In this document: one piece after another, positions 53,953 through 64,000 of the stretch
Numbering within the stretch: position 1 is the first letter of the stretch
How the letters are laid out: each line of letters starts with the position of its first letter
Source: the human T2T-CHM13v2.0 reference genome, Homo sapiens
Assembly (NCBI RefSeq): GCF_009914755.1
Contig: NC_060947.1
Reading direction: 5' to 3' (one strand)
Length of the DNA stretch: 64,000 nucleotides
Notes under the pieces: generated by a model
The model's input: the letters and a program-made list of their open reading frames with translations, nothing else
Told to the model about the DNA's origin: nothing
Database searches by the model: none
Made by a program: the position numbers and the translations under genes

Positions 53953-55849
53953 TTGTTTCAAAAATATAATTTTACATTTAACTGCCTCTAACTTTTATAT
54001 CTTGGTGAGGGTTATTAAATGGAAATTATTAATCCTTTAAAAGAAAGTGAGTGATTATTGGGAAAGTCAGCAGAGTGATTACTTCTGGAGGAGTATGCAA
54101 AACGGGAAGTAGTGATCAGGGTGGGGCCAGCAAGAGGGCTCCAACACCCTGCCAGCCTTCTGCTCCTTGCTCTGCATGGTAGTGACCTGGACTTCAACAT
54201 TGCACAACCACAGGGGAGCAGTTCATGCTGGATCATCTGAACTGGGCACCCTGGATTCCTGCATATAGTGTTTGCATGGCCACCCTGGTGGCCACAGCCT
54301 ACGCGGCCGTACCTGGCAAACATGAGTGTTGGCTTCATCCTTCAAGGAAATGGATGATGAGAAAAAGTGTGGGAGAAAGGAAGAGATCTTGGCGTGCAGG
54401 TTGAGGACAGATGGGCATGAGGTTGTCCGAGTTCACCCAGGATTGTGTTCCAGGCAGGCTAAAGTTCATCCTGTTACTCACCAAGACCACTATGATCCTA
54501 TGATTGCCATCTCACATTCCCGTGTGCAGTGCCCTGAGACTCCACCACAGCCTGGACGGCCACCCTTGGGGACTCTGTCTGGCATGTGTGTGAGGAGACT
54601 CACACACCTTCAAACCCAGCTGGAGCCTGAAGGGGAGATGCTCTTTTCGGCCAATGGAGTAAGAGGTCTCATCTGGAAATGTACCTGTGGCAGCCCTGGC
54701 ACCGGGTGTAGGTGGGATTCTGCTCAGGGCTGCGCCACTGTGGCTGCATCAAGGGCAGGCACGCAGCTCGGCAGACCTCTGGAGCCCGTCTGAGCTGAGT
54801 GGCAGGACAAGGCAGGAGGGGGTCTAAGGCTCTCCAGGCCGGACCCCACATTCCTCTTGGTGAGAGAGGAGACTTGAGAGAAAAGCAAGAGGGAGGCACT
54901 AAATGAGGGGAGGGGTTCAACCTCCTCTCCACTGGGGCCCAAATGGATTCCTCTAATCTGAGGAGCCTCAGATTCTGCACTTATTTCCCATAGAACTGGA
55001 AGGCTCTGCCCGACCATGGCCTAGGGTATACATGTTACAGCCCCATTATTGTGCAGAAGGTGGTCTGAATATGGAACCGAGGTGGTGTGCTGAGAGGCGG
55101 GGCTGCCAAATCCAGCCACCGAGGGATGGGTTCTCGCCTTCCACGACTCCGTCCACAGGCTTCTCCCCTTCCACACCCTGTTGACCATGGCCCATGGCCC
55201 CCGGGGCAGTGCCTGGGGCTGGAGTTCTCACCCAACCAGAACCTGCGTAGGTGTCTCCAGTGGCAAAAACCCAAGCTGGAGAGTTCCTAACAGACGTCCT
55301 CCCCAGATCTCAGCCCGCTGTGTTATCCTCCCAAGAAACAACCATCTGTGTCAGGGTCAAAGCCTTGGCCCAAGGAATCAAGCCAACCATCTCAGGCTAG
55401 GGGTTTGAGGCGGATAGCATAGGTCCCCACCACCATTGGTTTCCAGCTCTGAGCCCTGTGATTGGCCCACCACATGCGTGATGGTCCCCCTCACTGAGCT
55501 CACACCACGAGCCCAGCAGGGAGACACAGAGAGAGTATGGGGGAAGGCAGGTACCGAACCCGACCAGCTGTCCCAGGGCAGTCCCGCTTTCCCGCTTTCC
55601 ACCCTCACTGTCTGTCTTGCCCGTGTCTCCGTTAGCTGGCGTCGTGGCACCCTCCCATGGGGGCTCCCCACTTCCTAGACGAGGCACCAACCAGCGACTC
55701 TGAGGTATTATCACTGCACCCACACACGGGAGTGCTGAGACATCCCATCCATCCCGCGGAGGATCGGGAGCCTACTGTGGCACCTCCAGCATTCTGAGAG
55801 CCCCAACACCCATCTCTGTGTTTGGAGAAGTCCCATTTGTCCCACTCCA

Positions 55850-57308
55850 CAGCCTTCCAGGTGTTAGAATTGAACAACACGTCTTGTAAAAAGTGGATCC
55901 CAGCCCTGCTTTTGCGCATTGCATCCTTCAGGTATCCTTCATCACTGCCTCCACTCTGTCAATTAGCCCTTTCTCCCTCAAGGGACAGCACCCATGATTA
56001 ATTTGATTCCCAAGCAGGTGCATGCAGGGGCACACGCACACATACACACGCTAACCTTGAATGGTATCTGCATTTCTATTGTCTTCGTCTGTTCAACACC
56101 CAGTCTCTTAGAGATGGGAGCTGGCAGAACATACACACACCCCCTCACTGGAACCAGAATCTGTGCCCGAATCTGGAGCCTGCCCAGCCCAGGATTCTGG
56201 CTGAAGGAAGCAGGTGATCCCAACTGTCAGGGAGGGTGAAGGAAGAACAGGGAACCCAAGGAAATCTCGTGTGACCTCGAGAGGCGGTCTGAAAGACTAA
56301 CCAGGGATGCGGAAATATCACGTCCACGAAAACCTGAGACTTGCCCTGGAAGGCAGCTTGCCATTTTCAAATCAAGGGTATGGAGTCGACTGGCTGCAGA
56401 AGGGGCTGTTGGCCACCTATAGGACACCAAGGATGAGAAAGCCACCTTCCGTGTAGCAGTTTCTACCAGGTTGGCTCACAGGCACCAGAACAGACTCAGT
56501 GCCCCCACCTCCAACCAAGAGACTACCCTGCCCTTTTCTTCGGCACTCCATGTACCTTCCCTTTGGCTCAGCCACCCACAGGGATGTGGCTTCTGCCTCC
56601 ACCTGGCTACTGAAACGAAGGAGGAGACCTGATGGGATTTGGTAACTGAGATTCAAATATGAGGGCTAAGAGGAACTGATGATGCCACCCGGTTTCTGGC
56701 CCAGATGACCTGACCATGTGTGTGGTGGCACCAGAGGGACATAATGGCTCCAGAAAGGGGACTGGTCTCCTGAGTGGGAGGATAAGCTCCAACGTGTTCC
56801 TCAACAGCACGGAAATAACCGTGCAGGAAAGACCACCGGCGTCAAGCCACGTGGGAGAGCAAGGATGCTCACAACGGAAAGGACAGTGACAGGGTAGAAC
56901 CGGGACAGTGAACTGCAGGAGAAAAGGAGAGAAAGACCACGGTTCTAGGAGGGCATCAGTTCCTGTAGAAGGGGAGGGAAAATAGCGCTGAAGAAGGGGA
57001 CTTGTGAGACCCCGAAGTAGGAGGAGAAAAGGTGAGACCATGAGCAAGGCGTGTAAGGTAAAGGCAGGAAATGCTGCTGTGGCCAGGCAGGGCCCCCACA
57101 GCACCTAGACCCAGGGCACTATGATGAGCCCGAGTGCAGGGCTGCTGCTCAGAGGCCAGCCCAGGAGTCCCCCAGGGAGAGGGCCCACCACAGAGCAACA
57201 GGGGAATTGTTCTTCAAGCGCCAGGGAAGGCAGCAACACACCGAATCCCCCAACACTCCCAACAATCGCAGAGAAGGCAGACCACAGACCACAGAATATG
57301 AGAACGAC
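55850..57308. repeat. 3' flank of copy B, inverted paralog of ~11484-13370
   Basis: Colinear inverted similarity, e.g. CCAGCTCCCATCTC and GATTCTGGTTCCAGTGAG. 55858-56020 also matches 1110-1270 directly. Confidence 0.85.
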
Positions 57309-61071
<3,763 letters not shown>

Positions 61072-61420
61072 GGCGCCAGTCCAGGCAGCCTGGGCTGTGG
61101 CGAGACGGTCGTCCTGGTAGCGGTGGGAGGGAAGAGCCAAGCCCAGCCAAGCCCAGCCAAGCCCAGCCAAGGGGGCCACGCGACAGGAGCAGCAAGGCCT
61201 GCAGGTCACTGCCATCCTCTCCCTAGGCGGCAGTAGGAGATGTCCTCGACATCGGTGGCTTCTGTGCACCCTGGAAGCCTGCACCGTGCCTTCTCATTGG
61301 TCCAGCCTCTGCCAACCAGTGCTCCCTTTGTTTGGCGGGGCCTCTGGGCTTTAACCAGTCGGGACACAGGCTCTTGGTTTGCCCCGACGCCTGTCATTCG
61401 ACTGGGTGGCTGTGCTCAGG
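61072..61420 (-). promoter_or_regulatory. CpG-rich putative promoter/5'UTR of copy B
   Basis: CpG density is high from ~60400 to 61400. CCAAT on the minus strand at ~61296-61300 and a GC box (GGCGGG) at ~61333. Candidate acceptor CTACCAG ends at 61114. Three tandem GCCCAGCCAA units at 61141-61170. Confidence 0.5.
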
Positions 61421-61619
61421 TCGGGTCTTGGGGCCAGGGTGCATTGGAGCTCTCCATCCATCTCTTTCTTCCTGTCCTGTCGCCTCTGGCCAGGCACCTA
61501 CTTTCCAATGAGAGCCGCATCTCTGAGCCCCAGTGTCCCATCTGTAAGGCAGGAGTCAATGGGAGTGCCACCCCCAGCTCATCAGCTTGGGAGAGTAAAT
61601 GTCGTGATGCACGCCAATC

Positions 61620-62290
61620 ACCCGGCGCACAGGAGCTTCAAGCCTGCGTTCCACACTAAGAGGTAGCACCTGATAGGAACATGGACAGGGAGGCCCACAG
61701 TCAAGAAGCAGAAGTTTCAGGGTTGTTTCTGCTAGTGCTGCGAAAAACCCCGTTGTCATTTTCCTAGGGACTTACCACGCTGAACCTGTAACGGCTTTGG
61801 GTGGCACGGACGTGTTAACTGTCTTCTCGACCATGAGCACAGGATGTGTCCCCATTTATTTGTCTTCTGAGTCTCTCATCAGTGTTTGGTCGGTTTCATT
61901 ATGCACACCTTTCACCTCCCTGGATAAATGTATTCCGAAGGGTTTTGTTCTTTTCCTGGTATTCTAAATATGTTGGTTTCCCGCGTGTCTTTTTTTGGAT
62001 AATTTGCTGTTAGGGCATAGAAATGCCAGTGATTTTCGCATGTTGCTTTTCCATTCTGCAATTTTGCTGACTTTGTCTATTGGCTTTGAACGTTTTTTGG
62101 TGCAGTGTATGCTAGGGTTTTTTTCCATGTGAGATCATGTCATCTGCAGGCAGAGATAATTGAGCTTCTTACTTTGCAATTTGGATGCCTTTTTTTTTCT
62201 TTTTCTTAGAATAGGTGATCAAATTGGCACGTGGCTGTGTGCCCACAAGGGTTGATTGGCCTGTGGGTATGGTGGTTTGGCAGGCCAGAG
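61620..62290 (-). repeat. Fourth copy of the duplicated module, upstream of copy B
   Basis: Direct similarity to ~410-1070, e.g. CACAGTCAAGAAGCAG, TTTCTGCTAGTGCTG, CTGGTATTCTAAATATGTTGGTTTCCCG. Confidence 0.85.
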
Positions 62291-63424
62291 CTTTCCCACC
62301 TCTCCCAGCCTCCCCAAGCCCACTGTCGTTTATTCAACGAAGCCGGAAGTCCAACCAATGGTCTAGGATACCCCAAAGATGCTCACCATCACTCACCTTA
62401 AAGGTGCAAACTAAAATCAAAACTCAATTTACACACGGCAGGTTTGTGACTCTTAGAGAGCTTAACCATTCCGGGGGTAGGAGAGGTCCTGAGCAAACCA
62501 GTGCATTTGCTCACTTGCTGGGGGAAAGGGGGAGGGCGGCCACTTGGGAGGGTAATTTGGCAGGATCCGTGAAACTCAACTTATGCATCATTCACTATGT
62601 GCCTGGCTGTCTTCTGGGCCTTATCGCTACATGTTAACTCATACTCGGGACAGTTTTAGGTGGAAGTGCCTGCTATTGCCACCTTCTTACAGGTGGAGAA
62701 GTGGGCACAGAGAGGTTCAGGACTTGCTCAAGGTCATTTGTTTGGCTGGTGGGTGTCAGCTGCAGGTCAGAAACCAGGCAGGTGGGCTCCATGGAGTTCG
62801 TGCTTAGAGCTGAGCCTCCTAAAACTGCAAAACACATTTGCAAGGCTGTTAAATCCCACGACACCAGAAAGTGCCTGTAGTCGAGTAGACTTGCTTATCT
62901 AGTCATATATTCCAGCCCCTTGATCCAGCCTCTTAAAGTCCATTCGCGGGGTATTTCCCTGTCTCCTGCCTGTACAGGCTATCTCTTGCTTGGCATATAA
63001 TCTCCATTCTCCCTTTATCCGGCTCAGCATCACCCAGCGAGGTGACAGAGAGCATATGGGGCAGCCCCTGAGGGAGGCACCCTTGGCTTTGTGGGGCCCA
63101 GGGCTGTGTAGCACCTACCAGCATGGGGTCCGGGGTAGCTCTTGCTAGGACAGGAAGGCTCACCTTTCACACACTCCATCCAGCCATCCCCATCCCATAG
63201 TTCAGGTGACTGGGTTTCTCCAAACACGGCCCTGACCTTAGCATAACAGGCCTGTGTTGCTTGAGGGTGCCATCATCTCTGGAGTTCTGTGTCATTTGCT
63301 ATCAAATTATGTTGATGTGGTGCTCCTCAGTTGTGTCTGCTCGTCTTCTGCAAGAGGTGAGGCTCTTCTTGGAAGCAACCAAAGAGGCCTTTTGGGTCTT
63401 ACACTACAATAAATACCTAACTTT

Positions 63425-63718
63425 GGCCCGGCGTGGCGGCTCACGCCTGTAATCCCAGCACTTTGGGAGGCTGAGGCCGGTGGATCACCTGAGGTTGGGA
63501 GTTCAAGACCAGCCTGACCAACATGGAGAAACCCTGTCTTTGCTAAAAATACAAAATTAGTCAGGCGTGGTGACTCATGCCTTTAATCCCAGCTACTCGG
63601 GAGGCTGGGGCAGGAGAATCACTTGAACCTGGGAGGCAGAGGTTTCAGTGAGCCAAGATCATGCCACTGCACTCCAGCCTGGATGGCAGAGTGAGACCCT
63701 GTCAAAAAAAAAAAAAAA
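63425..63718 (+). mobile_element. AluS (Sp/Sq-like)
   Basis: TSD AAATACCTAACTTT / AAATACCCAACTTT. Confidence 0.93.
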
Positions 63719-63734
63719 AATACCCAACTTTTCA

Positions 63735-64000
63735 ATGTCCAGACACTGACGGACATCTACAAGCACCAAGATCATCCAGGAAGACATGACCTCACCCAAC
63801 AAATTAAAGGACCAATCCTGGAGAAACAGAGAAAAGTGACCTTTCAGACAGAGAAGCCAAAATAGTTGTTTTGAGAAAACTCAAAGAAATTCAAGATAAC
63901 ACAGAGAAGGAATCAGAATTCTATCCAATAAATTTAACAAAAAGATTGAAATTAAAAAGAATGAAGAAATTCTAGAGTTGAAAATGCAATTGACATACTG
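63735..64000 (+). mobile_element. Old L1M ORF1 fragment
   Basis: CATGACCTCACC...GACCTTTCAGACAGAGAA...AAACTCAAAGAAATTCAAGATAACACAGAGAAGGAA, typical of L1M ORF1. Confidence 0.7.

Noticed and set aside
54326-54793. 155 aa ORF
   Set aside because: No recognisable homology, and no supporting splice or retrocopy hallmarks.

Overview
Primate (most likely human) repeat-rich genomic DNA. The only non-transposon gene-like content is two disabled, intron-containing CXorf49-like (DUF4641-type) copies that face each other. The family call is from recognition of the translated sequence and would suggest Xq13.1; it has not been checked by a search. Copy A (+, 1957-11483) has lost its promoter and N-terminus at a complex templated junction, carries in-frame stops, and has a full-length L1PA inserted in its fourth coding exon. 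Copy B (-, 61071-57309) keeps all exons and a CpG-rich upstream region, but has ATG->AGG, frameshifts and a nonsense codon. A 0.5-0.7 kb flanking module occurs four times in mixed orientation, with patches that look gene-converted. The ~42 kb between the copies holds two more full-length L1PA elements, nested Alu/L1/MaLR/MADE1 elements, a complete THE1 and a TSD-flanked retroposed insert that does not resemble a transposon. No intact protein-coding gene, RNA gene, CRISPR array or convincingly new biological system was found. The interest lies in the rearrangement history. Repeat subfamily calls, identity estimates and many old-repeat boundaries are by eye and approximate.
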